IMG/VR virus record: IMGVR_UViG_3300045988_132498 | Span: 1 to 39,689 of that record | From: a virus | Length of the DNA: 39,689 nucleotides | Reading direction: 5' to 3' (one strand) | Shown: positions 23,565 to 32,750 of the stretch, in pieces | Position numbering within the stretch: position 1 is the stretch's first letter | How the letters are laid out: every line of letters starts with the position of its first letter | The notes under the pieces: model-generated | Told to the model about the DNA's origin: nothing | Seen by the model: the letters and a program-made list of their open reading frames with translations, nothing else | Databases searched by the model: none | Position numbers and translations under genes: made by a program

Positions 23565-23809
23565 CAGCCGCCACCTCCGCCGTAGACGCGCTCCAGGACA
23601 TGCTTGCGGGACTGCTTCAGGCCCGCCTCACGGGTGCCAGCACGCACGTAGGCGCGGGCACGCGACGTCGTCGAGGAGTGCACCTTGAAGCCCTCCCCCG
23701 CCCGCTCAGCGAGCCCCTTCGCGGCCCCGTTGACGGCGTCCTGCGCCTCACGTGACTGGAGCATCTGGGCGACGCCCGGCCCGTTGAGCCTGAACTTGAT
23801 CTTCCCCAT
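23564..23809 (-). CDS. Neck protein, HK97 gp10-like position (81 aa)
   Basis: ATGA coupling at 23809. Called from synteny. Confidence 0.45.
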   Translation of the reverse strand: MGKIKFRLNGPGVAQMLQSREAQDAVNGAAKGLAERAGEGFKVHSSTTSRARAYVRAGTREAGLKQSRKHVLERVYGGGGG

Positions 23810-24150
23810 CAGGCACCCCCCGTCGTCTTCGGGTCGGTGGCGGCGTGGAGCGTGACCACGGTCCCCTTGGGCCAGCGCGCCGGGGCGCCCTCGACGCGGT
23901 ACGTCACGCCTGCGATGCGCAGGAGGTCACTGGAGCGGATATCCGGGTGCTGCCCGCGCCAGTACAGGGTGGGCTGGCTGACGACCGGCAGAGAGCCCGC
24001 AGTGACCGGCTCGCTCGTGCCGCCGGGGTTGAGCAGGGCGGGCGGCAGGGGCGTCTCCACGACCGGTCCGGGGACAGCCTCACCGTACTGGTCGCGCCCA
24101 CCGTCGCCCGCCCTGAGCCTTGTCACGGAGACCAGCCCGGCGGCGATCAC
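23809..24150 (-). CDS. Head-tail adaptor / head closure candidate (113 aa)
   Basis: GTG 24150 with GTGA coupling. Called from synteny. Confidence 0.45.
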   Translation of the reverse strand: MIAAGLVSVTRLRAGDGGRDQYGEAVPGPVVETPLPPALLNPGGTSEPVTAGSLPVVSQPTLYWRGQHPDIRSSDLLRIAGVTYRVEGAPARWPKGTVVTLHAATDPKTTGGA

Positions 24151-24548
24151 GGGGCCACCGCCGGAGCCAGCAGGTCCACCTCGAACGCCGCGCTGCGGCG
24201 GCCGCCCAGTTGCTTCAGTTCAGCCGCCCTGAGGAACAGGTCGCCCTCAGGGTTGCTGTAGGCGTACTGGTCGGTGAAAGGCCCCGTCGTGTGCATCTCG
24301 CTGGCCAGGAGGCCCCTGGGCTCGGGTAGCCCATCAGCCGCCCCCTGCTCGGCCTGGAGCGCGCGCTTCACGACCGCGCAGGCGATGCGCTTCAGCGTCC
24401 CAGCAGTGGCGTGCTGCCAGCGCGGCGCGGAGGACTTGATGAGGTCCGTCGCGTCCTCCAGGAGGACCGCGGCCCGCTTCAGCTCCTGCTCAGACAAGCC
24501 ACGCCAGCGCGCCTCCAGGTCCTCCACCGTGGCGAAGACGTCAGCCAT
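24147..24548 (-). CDS. gp6-like head-tail connector (133 aa)
   Basis: ATG 24548. MADVFATVEDLEARWRGLSEQELKRAAVLLEDATDLI resembles the N-terminus of gp6-type connector proteins. Confidence 0.6.
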   Translation of the reverse strand: MADVFATVEDLEARWRGLSEQELKRAAVLLEDATDLIKSSAPRWQHATAGTLKRIACAVVKRALQAEQGAADGLPEPRGLLASEMHTTGPFTDQYAYSNPEGDLFLRAAELKQLGGRRSAAFEVDLLAPAVAP

Positions 24549-24804
24549 TCTTGCCCCGCTTCGGGGACTCCTCCTCGGGCGGGGTGGCGTCCTCGGGGTC
24601 CTCGGGCTCCGTGGCGCCCTCGGGGCCCTCGGGGCTGGTCTCGGCGTGCTCGCCACCGATATCGGCGGCGTCGATACCCCACTCCTCCAGGAGCGGCGTC
24701 AGCGCGGTGAGCGTCTCCTCGTCGACGTCGGCCACCCCATCCACGAACTCAACGTGCGGGGTAGTCACCAGCAGCGATGGATGCTTGTGGCAAGTGATCC
24801 TCAT
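24541..24804 (-). CDS. Hypothetical head-module protein (87 aa) with acidic Pro/Glu tail
   Basis: ATG 24804 with GAGAGGGAA SD. Follows the capsid gene. Confidence 0.5.
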   Translation of the reverse strand: MRITCHKHPSLLVTTPHVEFVDGVADVDEETLTALTPLLEEWGIDAADIGGEHAETSPEGPEGATEPEDPEDATPPEEESPKRGKNG

Positions 24805-24866
24805 GATTCCCTCTCTCTGGGCCGGGCAGGGGCGCCCCACAGCGTGCGGGACGCCCCCATGCCGCG

Positions 24867-25841
24867 TCAGCCAGCAGCCACCGTCAGGCAGCCGTGAGAC
24901 TTCTCGTTGCCGTACTGGAGGCCGATCTCCCCGTAGATCTGCACGTCATCCGACGCGCCGGTCTTCGCCAGCGGCTCCGCGAAAAAGTGGCCCTTGCCGG
25001 GCACCTCCAGGAACACCGGAGCCAACTGCTCCAGAGAAGCCACAATCAGCTTCGTAGCCGGAACGTAGCGGCTGAGCATGATGTTCATCGTCCCGAAGTC
25101 GGTCTCCAGGGTCTTGAGGTTGACGCCGCCGACGTTGCGGGTGCCCTCCTGGTACTTGGCGTCCTTGATGAACACCTTGGTGAGGGCTCGCTTGAGCTTG
25201 GAGTTGACGATGATCGTCCGCGTCTCACCCTCCTGGAGGCCCCCGTTCGCCCATACCTTCTCGATGAGGTCGAGGACGTCAGCCTCAGTGAGTTCACCAG
25301 CCTTGTGGGTGGTGGTGGCGACGTTGGTCTTGATTGCCTCGATCAGGCCCTTGGTCTTGCGGGCGGTCTGGTTGTCCGTCGGGTTGGCGAACGTTCCGGT
25401 GATGAAGCCTTTCTCGACATCGCGGGCGATCTGCTTCATGGCGGTGTTGATCTGCCAGGCCAGTTCGTCGGCGGGCAGGACGGTGTCGCCGATGGTGACG
25501 GTCTTCGCCCCGGTTGCCGGGGTCACCTGCTTGGTCGCGCCCTGCTTGGTGTAGGAGACGCTGACCTTCTCCTGGTGAATCTCGACGACGTTGTAGTCGG
25601 CGAAGCGCTGGCGGCCCTCAGCGGCGGGGGCGGTAGCGCCCTCAGTGCGCTGGCGGCCGTCGTCAGCGTCGCGCAAATCGTAGCCACTCCAGGAGAAGAT
25701 GGTGCTGCCAGCGGAGACGCCGCCGGTCAGGCCTCCGATAGAGGACAGCAGCGGCGTGTCCTCAGGGCTGGCGGCGAAGAGTTCACCCGTGTAGTTCGGG
25801 CAGTTGTAGGTGGTTGCCATGCCGGTGATTCCGGGCATCAT
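24867..25841 (-). CDS. Major capsid protein (about 323 aa)
   Basis: Position after the scaffold gene, and size. GAAAGGAG SD (spacing slightly favours ATG 25838). Confidence 0.8.
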   Translation of the reverse strand: MMPGITGMATTYNCPNYTGELFAASPEDTPLLSSIGGLTGGVSAGSTIFSWSGYDLRDADDGRQRTEGATAPAAEGRQRFADYNVVEIHQEKVSVSYTKQGATKQVTPATGAKTVTIGDTVLPADELAWQINTAMKQIARDVEKGFITGTFANPTDNQTARKTKGLIEAIKTNVATTTHKAGELTEADVLDLIEKVWANGGLQEGETRTIIVNSKLKRALTKVFIKDAKYQEGTRNVGGVNLKTLETDFGTMNIMLSRYVPATKLIVASLEQLAPVFLEVPGKGHFFAEPLAKTGASDDVQIYGEIGLQYGNEKSHGCLTVAAG

Positions 25842-25865
25842 GGCTCCTTTCGGTCGTGATGGCTC

Positions 25866-26438
25866 TTATCGGGAGCCGAGCTTCAGGGCCTTCAGGGAGG
25901 CCGTGAGAGTCCGGTCCCCGGCCGCTTCGGCTGCGGCGATCTGCTCATCGAGGGAGGCGGCTCCCGCGCCGGACGGGTTACCGTGGTGACGGACGACGGG
26001 CTGGGCGGGCGCCTCGGCGGGCTTGGCCTGCTCGCTGGCCCATGCCTTGACCTGCTCGGCCCACATGGTCGGGTCGTCGCCGGGGCCTGCGAGGATGTCG
26101 ACGGGGACGCCGGTCTTGGCGGCGACCTCGGCGCGTTCCTTCTCGGCCCTCATCGCGGCCAGGTCAGCCTGGAGAGCGGCGAGCGCGTCGGCCTGCTTCT
26201 GGGCCTCGGTCTTGCCCGCGTCCTCAGCGGCCTTGATCTGGGCTGCGAGGTCGTTGGCGCGCTTCTCGGCCTCCTTACGGGCGGCGCGCTCGGCGGCCAG
26301 GGCCTTCTTCCCGGCGTCTCCGAGCGTGTCGGTGGCGTCGCCCGTCGCGGGCTCACCCCCAGCGGTCTCGGTGACCTCGGTCGGCTCCGCGGACTCATCG
26401 GCACTTGCGGCCTCAGCGGTCTTGATGATCTTGCGCAT
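25866..26438 (-). CDS. Scaffolding protein (190 aa)
   Basis: ATG 26438 with GAGGGAG SD. Ala/Glu/Lys-rich coiled-coil composition. Located between the MuF-like and capsid genes. Confidence 0.7.
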   Translation of the reverse strand: MRKIIKTAEAASADESAEPTEVTETAGGEPATGDATDTLGDAGKKALAAERAARKEAEKRANDLAAQIKAAEDAGKTEAQKQADALAALQADLAAMRAEKERAEVAAKTGVPVDILAGPGDDPTMWAEQVKAWASEQAKPAEAPAQPVVRHHGNPSGAGAASLDEQIAAAEAAGDRTLTASLKALKLGSR

Positions 26439-26518
26439 TGGGTTCTCCCTCGGTGATTGGTGCCATCGCGGCACGACAAAGCCCCCACCATCGCGGCAGG
26501 GGCTCATAGGTAGTTGGG

Positions 26519-27268
26519 TCACTCGGCGGGGGAGACCCCGTCAGTGACGGTCTCAGGTGACAGGCGGCGCATCTCGGCGGCTATCGCCTTGTCGTCGACG
26601 GTGGCACCGGACGCCTTCACGGCCGCCCTGGCCTCGTCGTAGGCGGCGCGCAGGCCCTTCGGGTCATAGCCGCGAATGCGATCCGCCTGGCCCTTCCACA
26701 GGGGTGTCGGGACGCACGAGCAGTGATCGTGGTAGGCGTGCCCCTGCCCGGCCGTCGCAGCACTGGCGTAGACGAAGCCGCGGCTCGCGAGCATTGAGCA
26801 CCATGCGCAGCAGCCGCCGGGGCCGGGCACTCGCGCCCACCTCGGCTTAGCCGGGTCGGCGGCGACGTTCCGGTGCACCGTATCCTTCCCCTGCTGCCCG
26901 ATGAAGCGGGACAGGGTGTTCCCCAGGGTGGCCTGCACGCTGGGCGGGTCAGCGCCCCACAGGCCGCCGACCGCCCAGCGGGTCGCCTGCGCCACCTGCA
27001 CCTCGGACGGGCCGTCAGCCAGGATGGCCGAGTAGGGGCCGCCGACGGCGTCAGCACGCATCCGCTCATACCACTCCGCAGCACTGGACGCGGCCAGGTC
27101 GCCGTACTGGGCGGCGATGGCTGGCATCACCACCAGGAGAGCGTCACGCGCAGCCTCAGGGCTAGACAGGTCCAGCCGGGCGAACGCCGCCGCCAAGGCC
27201 GCCAGCGCCATCCGCGTGGCCTCATCCAGGCCGCGAGACAGCCGCTCTAGGTCAGCCCGCGTCGTCAC
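26519..27268 (-). CDS. MuF/SPP1 gp7-like minor head protein with Cys/His cluster (249 aa)
   Basis: GTG 27268. Immediately follows the portal gene. Carries CCAWC...HAYHDHCSC. Confidence 0.6.
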   Translation of the reverse strand: MTTRADLERLSRGLDEATRMALAALAAAFARLDLSSPEAARDALLVVMPAIAAQYGDLAASSAAEWYERMRADAVGGPYSAILADGPSEVQVAQATRWAVGGLWGADPPSVQATLGNTLSRFIGQQGKDTVHRNVAADPAKPRWARVPGPGGCCAWCSMLASRGFVYASAATAGQGHAYHDHCSCVPTPLWKGQADRIRGYDPKGLRAAYDEARAAVKASGATVDDKAIAAEMRRLSPETVTDGVSPAE

Positions 27269-28736
27269 CAGCGGTCACCCCATCCGGGGCCTCAGCGGGC
27301 TCCTGCGGTGCAGGTGCGGCCGGGGTGGGCGTGGCCGCCAGCAGGCGATCCAGCACCCCACCAGCCTGCGCCCGCTTGATCTGCGACCTGATACGCACGA
27401 TCTGCTCAGCCGAGTAGCCCAGTTCCTCCAGAGCCACGTCAGTCTGAGCGAGCTCGGGAATCGCGCCGATCTGCTTGACCATGGCGTCGGACTGGCTGAC
27501 GACGGACGGCATCGCAGGATTGCGCCAGCGGGTCGAGAGGTTCCGCACCTCGTCACCCATCTCCGAGACAGGGATGCCGTCGCGGAGACAGATGGCGTCC
27601 TGAACGATCCGGTTCAGGCCGTAGCCGATGCTGCGCGTGGTGTTCATCGCCTCGACAACCAAATCCTCTTTGGCGGCGTAGATCGCCTCAGCCGAGGATG
27701 GGTTGTCCTGGACGATCCCGAGCGCGGAGATCGGCAGCGACGTCGCCGAAGCGAACTCGGCCGCCAGCGCGCGCTTCATCGACAGGAACGGGTCCATCGA
27801 CTGCTGCGGGATCACCTGGAGGTCGGGCTTGTCCCCGTCCTCGTCCTTCGGCAGCGATTTGAGGCGCCCCATGTACCAGGACCAGAGCGGAACCTTCTCG
27901 CCCTGGGCGTTCTGGAACATGGTCTCGTCAGCGCCCAGCAGAAGCAGCGCCGGGGCCGCGTACAGGTCGCTACTGACCTCGGTGCGGAAGCCCGCCCTGA
28001 CGACACGGTCCGTGATGGACATGACCTCACGGCTGATCCGCGACCGCCCAAACGGGCGGCCGAGCGCGGGCCGGTACGGCAGCGGCTCCATAGGGACGCG
28101 CCCCAGGGAGTGATCCATGCGGGCGACGGCCACCCACCCCCGGTCGCCCAGGGCCAGGCGCGTCACATGCTCGCCGGTGAGGAGGAGCATCGACGTCGGC
28201 TTGCCGTTGTCGTCAGCGGAGTCCACCAGCAGCCCGGCCTCCAGGCCCCTACGGCGCACGTCCCACAGGCCAGTAGCCCACAGGGCGTCAGCACCCGTCA
28301 CGACGACGTCGGGGTCACCCGCAGCCGGGTCACCCGGCAGGGCGACGACGAACGAACAGCAGTAGGTCAGGGTCGCGTCCACAAGCTCGGGCACGAGAAG
28401 GTCGAACCGGTTCTCATGTAGGAGGCTCATGGCCCCCAAGGGGTCCTCCTCGCCCGACGGCGACGTAACCCCATCCCACATGCACCGGGACGCCAGCGAC
28501 GTGACCGCCTTGTCAGGCCAGCCGCACACGATATCCAGTTGGTCCCGCATGTAGGGTGGCACCGACGCGCCCAAGAACGCCACGTTCACCTGCATGTCCC
28601 GGTACTGGCGGCGCAGCGCATTCCTGGCGCGCTTAGCCTGCCACTGCTTCACCAGACGGCCCAGGAGTGCGGCGTCATCCTCGGCCAGGCCGACGACGTC
28701 GGTCGGCACCGGGGAGTAGTAGACCCACTGGTCCAT
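27252..28736 (-). CDS. Portal protein (about 494 aa)
   Basis: TGATG overlap with the terL stop (GTG 28739 is an alternative start). Size and position after the large terminase. Confidence 0.85.
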   Translation of the reverse strand: MDQWVYYSPVPTDVVGLAEDDAALLGRLVKQWQAKRARNALRRQYRDMQVNVAFLGASVPPYMRDQLDIVCGWPDKAVTSLASRCMWDGVTSPSGEEDPLGAMSLLHENRFDLLVPELVDATLTYCCSFVVALPGDPAAGDPDVVVTGADALWATGLWDVRRRGLEAGLLVDSADDNGKPTSMLLLTGEHVTRLALGDRGWVAVARMDHSLGRVPMEPLPYRPALGRPFGRSRISREVMSITDRVVRAGFRTEVSSDLYAAPALLLLGADETMFQNAQGEKVPLWSWYMGRLKSLPKDEDGDKPDLQVIPQQSMDPFLSMKRALAAEFASATSLPISALGIVQDNPSSAEAIYAAKEDLVVEAMNTTRSIGYGLNRIVQDAICLRDGIPVSEMGDEVRNLSTRWRNPAMPSVVSQSDAMVKQIGAIPELAQTDVALEELGYSAEQIVRIRSQIKRAQAGGVLDRLLAATPTPAAPAPQEPAEAPDGVTAGDDAG

Positions 28737-30211
28737 CACATCACCACCCCCACACGCCTTCCGGTCAGCTCACGCGGCCTGCGCTTCGTTATCTTCGTGG
28801 CCCAGTGGGCCAGTGTCAGGGCGTCCATCCCGGCCGAGGTCATCCCCTCCGGGGCGGTCCAGCCGAACCCGCCGCCCGTGCCGATCTTCCGGCGGGAGAT
28901 GACGGCAGCCTCAGCCTCTAGCTCGGCGTCGTCCGGGTGCGACAGGGACCGGTCCCGGATCGCGGCGTCCATCATCGCGTGAGCGGCGATGACCTGATCC
29001 GTCGTCGGCGTCCAAATCACCTTCGGGCTGAACCCTGCGGCGCGGAGTCGGTCAACTAGGTCCCCGGCCCCGCTCTTGCCGTCGACGACGATCTGCGCCC
29101 AGCGGTCCCGGTGCTTGGTGAGGTAGTCGATGACCCAGTGGACGCCCTCGCCCAGGTTGCGCACCCCCTGGGAGGTGCACAGTTGGCCGTAGACAGCCTC
29201 AGACTTGCGCTCGGGCTTTCGGCCAGCGCGGGCCAGGGCGACCGTGGAGCCGTCCACGCTGAACCTCACGGCCGCGCACCAGCGCAGCCCGCTCGGGGCG
29301 TCGTCCACCGTCAGCGCGTTCCACGCCTCACGGCCAATCGCCTGAGACGCGACCTCCGGGTCCCAGATACCCAAGCCCTCGCGCCGGAACGACTCGGGAC
29401 CCATCTGGCTCTTCATTCTCAGCATCGCGGACTCAGGCGTCCGGTGGGGGAACGACGGATTCGCCTTACGCCACTGACGGCGATCCTCAGGGTCGGCATC
29501 CTCGTCAGCGCCCATCTCGATATACAGGCCATTGACCAGTTCGCCCTTGAGTGCCTGCTTCCTGAACGACGTGAACGCCTCGGAAGGATCGATCGGCCTC
29601 GGTGGCGTCCCCAAGCGAATGATGAGAGGGTTCGGCGACGTGTTGACCGCAGGCACCATATCCTCCAGAGCCCGCTGACCGAGAATCTGCGCCTCATCGA
29701 AGATGATGCTATCGACCCCAGCGAATCCACGCCCGAAGCCGCCCTCCCTCGCGCCGAAGAGGATGCGAGAACCGTTCATGAAGCGCACTTCCTGCTGGCC
29801 GTTCGCCTGCCTCGGGCGCCCATCGATGTACGGGGCGATCTCCGGCCTCTGCGAGAGACCCAGCATCGCCCTGAACGTCTCATCCGCCGTCCTCGTGCGG
29901 TGCGCCGTCCAGAGGACGAAGAATCCATCATGCAGTGTGCACAGGGCGAAGATCATCGAACCGATCGTGTACGTCTTGCCCACCTGACGCGGGAAGCAAA
30001 TCTGCACACCGTCGATCCCAGCCGCGTAGAGCCCATCCTTGCGCTTCGCCAGGATCGCGCGCCCCAGCCCATCCTGCCAGCGGTCGAAGCTCAGGCCGAA
30101 GCGCTTGGCGCGGTCCCTGACGGCAGGCCAGCCCGTGGACGTGATGCCCTCAGGCAGGATGAGGTGCTTCGCGATGTCGGACAGGCGGGGCTCAGATGTC
30201 GCCGAGCCCAT
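28736..30211 (-). CDS. terL: Terminase large subunit
   Basis: Walker A-like FPRQVGKT and Walker B-like VDSIIFDEAQ. GGAGG spacing favours ATG 30211 over 30217. Confidence 0.9.
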   Translation of the reverse strand: MGSATSEPRLSDIAKHLILPEGITSTGWPAVRDRAKRFGLSFDRWQDGLGRAILAKRKDGLYAAGIDGVQICFPRQVGKTYTIGSMIFALCTLHDGFFVLWTAHRTRTADETFRAMLGLSQRPEIAPYIDGRPRQANGQQEVRFMNGSRILFGAREGGFGRGFAGVDSIIFDEAQILGQRALEDMVPAVNTSPNPLIIRLGTPPRPIDPSEAFTSFRKQALKGELVNGLYIEMGADEDADPEDRRQWRKANPSFPHRTPESAMLRMKSQMGPESFRREGLGIWDPEVASQAIGREAWNALTVDDAPSGLRWCAAVRFSVDGSTVALARAGRKPERKSEAVYGQLCTSQGVRNLGEGVHWVIDYLTKHRDRWAQIVVDGKSGAGDLVDRLRAAGFSPKVIWTPTTDQVIAAHAMMDAAIRDRSLSHPDDAELEAEAAVISRRKIGTGGGFGWTAPEGMTSAGMDALTLAHWATKITKRRPRELTGRRVGVVM

Positions 30212-30488
30212 CCTCATCCTCCGTCGCCTCAGTCGCCGTCTGCCGCTCGCGCTCCTCGCGAGCCAGGTCGATCTCCCGGATCGTCTTGTCCACCTCCAGG
30301 AGGCGGCGGGACAGGGCAGCCAGGTCGCGGGCCGGGGTCTCAGGGCTATCGATAGACGCAGCGAGGCGACGCCTGAGCGTCACCATCACGTCCCTACTGT
30401 CCCCGTGTTCCGTCGCGTCCAGGACGCTCCCAGGGGCCTGAGGGGCCGTCTCGCCATCCTTCACGGCGCGGAGTCTCGCGGCACTCAT
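30192..30488 (-). CDS. terS: Terminase small subunit candidate (98 aa)
   Basis: ATG 30488 with AAGGGGGTG SD. Overlaps the terL start. Called from position only. Confidence 0.5.
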   Translation of the reverse strand: MSAARLRAVKDGETAPQAPGSVLDATEHGDSRDVMVTLRRRLAASIDSPETPARDLAALSRRLLEVDKTIREIDLAREERERQTATEATEDEDGLGDI

Positions 30489-30600
30489 AAGCACCCCCTT
30501 GGGAAAAAATGGTGGGGAGAGATGCCGCTATACCCACGGGGGGGCGAGAGTGGGGGACGGGAGGGTATATCCCCCCTGTCCCTCATTTCTGGCGGCTACT

Positions 30601-30921
30601 CTACCATGTTTCTGTGTCTGTGGTCTCTTGAATTTTGATTGGCCGGTCACGTTTCCGTTTCGGCGGCTTTGCTTTTCTGCCGTTTCCTTTGCGTTGGTTG
30701 CAGCGGCGGCAAATGATTTGAATGTTTTCTAGCGTGTCATTTCCGCCTCGACTGTGAGGCACGATGTGGTCGGCCTCGGGTGAGGATGGTAGTAGGCCAG
30801 CGTCCCAGGTGAGGTGGACGTGGCAGATGGGACAGTGCTCTAGTCCTGCTGCTCGCGCTGAGCGTTTGGCTGCTGCTGCGTTGTGGAGCCAGCGTGTGGT
30901 GCCGGTGCGTGAGGTGGTCAC
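30601..30921 (-). CDS. HNH endonuclease
   Basis: CPICH...ADHIVPHSRGGNDTLENIQIICRRCNQRKG. GTG 30921 has a GAGGAGG SD. ATG 30948 is an alternative start without an SD. Confidence 0.85.
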   Translation of the reverse strand: MTTSRTGTTRWLHNAAAAKRSARAAGLEHCPICHVHLTWDAGLLPSSPEADHIVPHSRGGNDTLENIQIICRRCNQRKGNGRKAKPPKRKRDRPIKIQETTDTETW

Positions 30922-31170
30922 GTGTCCTCCTCGCGCGCGTGTGCGCACGCGGCCCGCGTCACGCTGCTGTGCGTGAGCGGGCCGCGTCGCTTCTCCCCAT
31001 TCCCTTCTCCCCAGAAGGGTAGGCAGTAGTGGAGCCCAGCGACCGTGTGGGTCGGCTGGGCTCTGACACTTTGCCTATGTTCGTATGATGCGCGTTTCAG
31101 TAGCGGCGCGCAAGTGGTAGTCACGCCTGGCGTGTTGCGGTTTGGTCACGGGGTGGGGTGTGTCTGTTGT

Positions 31171-31280
31171 GGGGTGCCCCTATTGTCGACCCCCTCCCCC
31201 GCCTATCGATACCCCTGCCCCTCTGCTTGACGGGGTGCCCCTGCTGTGAGAGGGGGTGGGTGTCCATGATGGGTGCCCCC
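31171..31280. repeat. Three GGGTGCCCC boxes in noncoding divergent region
   Basis: GGGGTGCCCCTATTGT (31171), GGGGTGCCCCTGCTGT (31232) and GGGTGCCCCCTTACTAT (31271). Confidence 0.7.
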
Positions 31281-31341
31281 TTACTATAGCCCCACCCCCT
31301 TTAGTGTGGCCTACCCCACTGTTTGTGTACACCCCCTGGGC

Positions 31342-31371
31342 TTGCGTTCATTCGGTATGCCGACATACACT
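31342..31371 (+). promoter_or_regulatory. Promoter P1 TTGCGT-18-TACACT with palindrome GTATG-CCGA-CATAC
   Basis: Hexamers at 31342-31347 and 31366-31371. The palindrome at 31355-31368 overlaps the -10. About 65 bp (-35 to ATG) is duplicated at P2. Confidence 0.6.
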
Positions 31372-31404
31372 AGAGCCATCGGAACAGACAGAAAGGAACC
31401 GGTC

Positions 31405-31734
31405 ATGGAAATCACCACCAGCCACTACAGCGAGGACGACCTCCCCGGCACCCGGTACTCCATGATCGACGACGGCGAGGAGGTCGGCTACCTCATCGCC
31501 CACACCACTGGCCTCATCCTCAACGTCGAGGTCGACGAGGACCGCCAGGGCGAGGGCATCGCCCGCGCGCTCTTCGAGTACGCCGACGACGCCCAGGGCC
31601 TCTACCACATCCCCTCCTGGGGCCGCACCGAGGACGGCGACCGCTTCGCTAACGCCATGGGTGGTGACACCATGGATGACGAGCAGGCCGCCGCCATCGT
31701 CGGCATGGACCTCAGCATCTACGACGTCGACTGA
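31405..31734 (+). CDS. Acidic 109-aa protein with mini-GNAT-like motif
   Basis: AGAAAGGAACC SD. LILNVEVDEDRQGEGIARALFEYA resembles GNAT motif A (R/Q-x-x-G-x-G/A). No lysine residues. Confidence 0.65.
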   Translation: MEITTSHYSEDDLPGTRYSMIDDGEEVGYLIAHTTGLILNVEVDEDRQGEGIARALFEYADDAQGLYHIPSWGRTEDGDRFANAMGGDTMDDEQAAAIVGMDLSIYDVD

Positions 31735-31765
31735 CATCACCCCCACCCCCGAAAGGAACCCCGAG

Positions 31766-32017
31766 ATGACCCCCGTCACTGTTGCAGCGAGCTACCTCAT
31801 CAGGCACTTCGGCAACGTCGTCACCATCCAGGACAACCCTGGTGGGCGCGGCCAGGCCGTGGAGGTCCATTGGGCTGGCGGCCTCGCCACGATCCACCCC
31901 ATCCCGGGCGCGATGTACCGCGTGAACTGCGCTCTCGCCTACGAGGACACCACCCTCCTCAATCTCCCTGGCGTGGTGGAGCGCATGATCGCCACCGCCG
32001 TTGCCAACGCCAACTGA
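31766..32017 (+). CDS. Hypothetical protein (83 aa)
   Basis: GAAAGGAACC SD 5 nt upstream of the ATG. Confidence 0.65.
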   Translation: MTPVTVAASYLIRHFGNVVTIQDNPGGRGQAVEVHWAGGLATIHPIPGAMYRVNCALAYEDTTLLNLPGVVERMIATAVANAN

Positions 32018-32026
32018 CCACCCCAT

Positions 32027-32051
32027 TGCCCGCCCCGAAATGGGGCGGGCA
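32027..32051 (+). terminator. Hairpin TGCCCGCCCC-GAAAT-GGGGCGGGCA (attenuator/terminator-like)
   Basis: 10-bp perfect stem between two plus-strand genes. No U-tract. Confidence 0.45.
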
Positions 32052-32070
32052 CCCCAGAAAGGAAACCCCC

Positions 32071-32406
32071 ATGGCCCGCTACAACTGGAACCCTGCCACC
32101 TCCTCCGACTACCCCGGCACTGTCCTGGTCGCTACCGCTGACGACGGTGCGGCGATCCACCTCCACCTGGATACCTTCGACGACGAGGTCGAGGCGGCCT
32201 TCGTGATCGAGACGCACCCCGGTCGGTTTGTGACGACGGAGGAGTCGTCCTGCTGGCCGGCGGTGGAGCGCTACGTCCCGCGCGAGGAGTGGACGCCTGA
32301 GATGTACGGCAGCCTAGACGTCCCGTCTATGCGCCACCCTGACCCGGCGGTGACGGAGGCGATCGACGCCTATCGCCGGGCGATGCTGGACGCCCTGGAC
32401 GACTGA
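32071..32406 (+). CDS. Acidic hypothetical protein (111 aa)
   Basis: AGAAAGGAAAC SD. Rich in D/E. Confidence 0.65.
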   Translation: MARYNWNPATSSDYPGTVLVATADDGAAIHLHLDTFDDEVEAAFVIETHPGRFVTTEESSCWPAVERYVPREEWTPEMYGSLDVPSMRHPDPAVTEAIDAYRRAMLDALDD

Positions 32407-32461
32407 CTCAACCCCTGCCCGGCACCGCGATGGGGCCGGGCCTGACCTGGAAGGAGTAGCG

Positions 32462-32683
32462 ATGAGCGCTGAGACTGAGCGTCCGAGCTTGTTGGAGTTG
32501 GGGGTCCTGTGTGAGGAGGTGAGACATCTATGTGAGGTCCTCGATGAGACTGAGGATCGACGTCGCGCTGTGGCGGTGGCTGCGGTGCGTGGTGGCGCGT
32601 CGAAAACAGCGGTGGCTGCTGCGGCGGGGGTGACTCGGCAGACGTTGGACCGCTGGCTGGGTGTGTGGCAGCGCACATCTTGA
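32462..32683 (+). CDS. Small HTH protein (73 aa), candidate island regulator
   Basis: GGAAGGAG SD. GASKTAVAAAAGVTRQTLDRWL is an HTH-like segment. The gene ends 5 nt before the -35 of P2. Confidence 0.6.
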   Translation: MSAETERPSLLELGVLCEEVRHLCEVLDETEDRRRAVAVAAVRGGASKTAVAAAAGVTRQTLDRWLGVWQRTS

Positions 32684-32687
32684 TGGC

Positions 32688-32717
32688 TTGACCCCATTGG
32701 GTATGCGGGCATACACT
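32688..32717 (+). promoter_or_regulatory. Promoter P2 TTGACC-18-TACACT with palindrome GTATGC-GG-GCATAC
   Basis: Hexamers at 32688-32693 and 32712-32717. The palindrome at 32701-32714 overlaps the -10. Paralogous to P1. Confidence 0.6.
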
Positions 32718-32750
32718 TAAGTCATCGGGAACGAAGAAAGGAACCCCAAA

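Noticed and set aside
30918-31124. 68-aa minus-strand ORF whose stop overlaps the HNH GTG (GTGA).
   Set aside because: No SD. The first third has many A/T-ending codons, unlike neighbouring genes, and the ORF lies in the otherwise noncoding control region. It could be real, but the support is insufficient.
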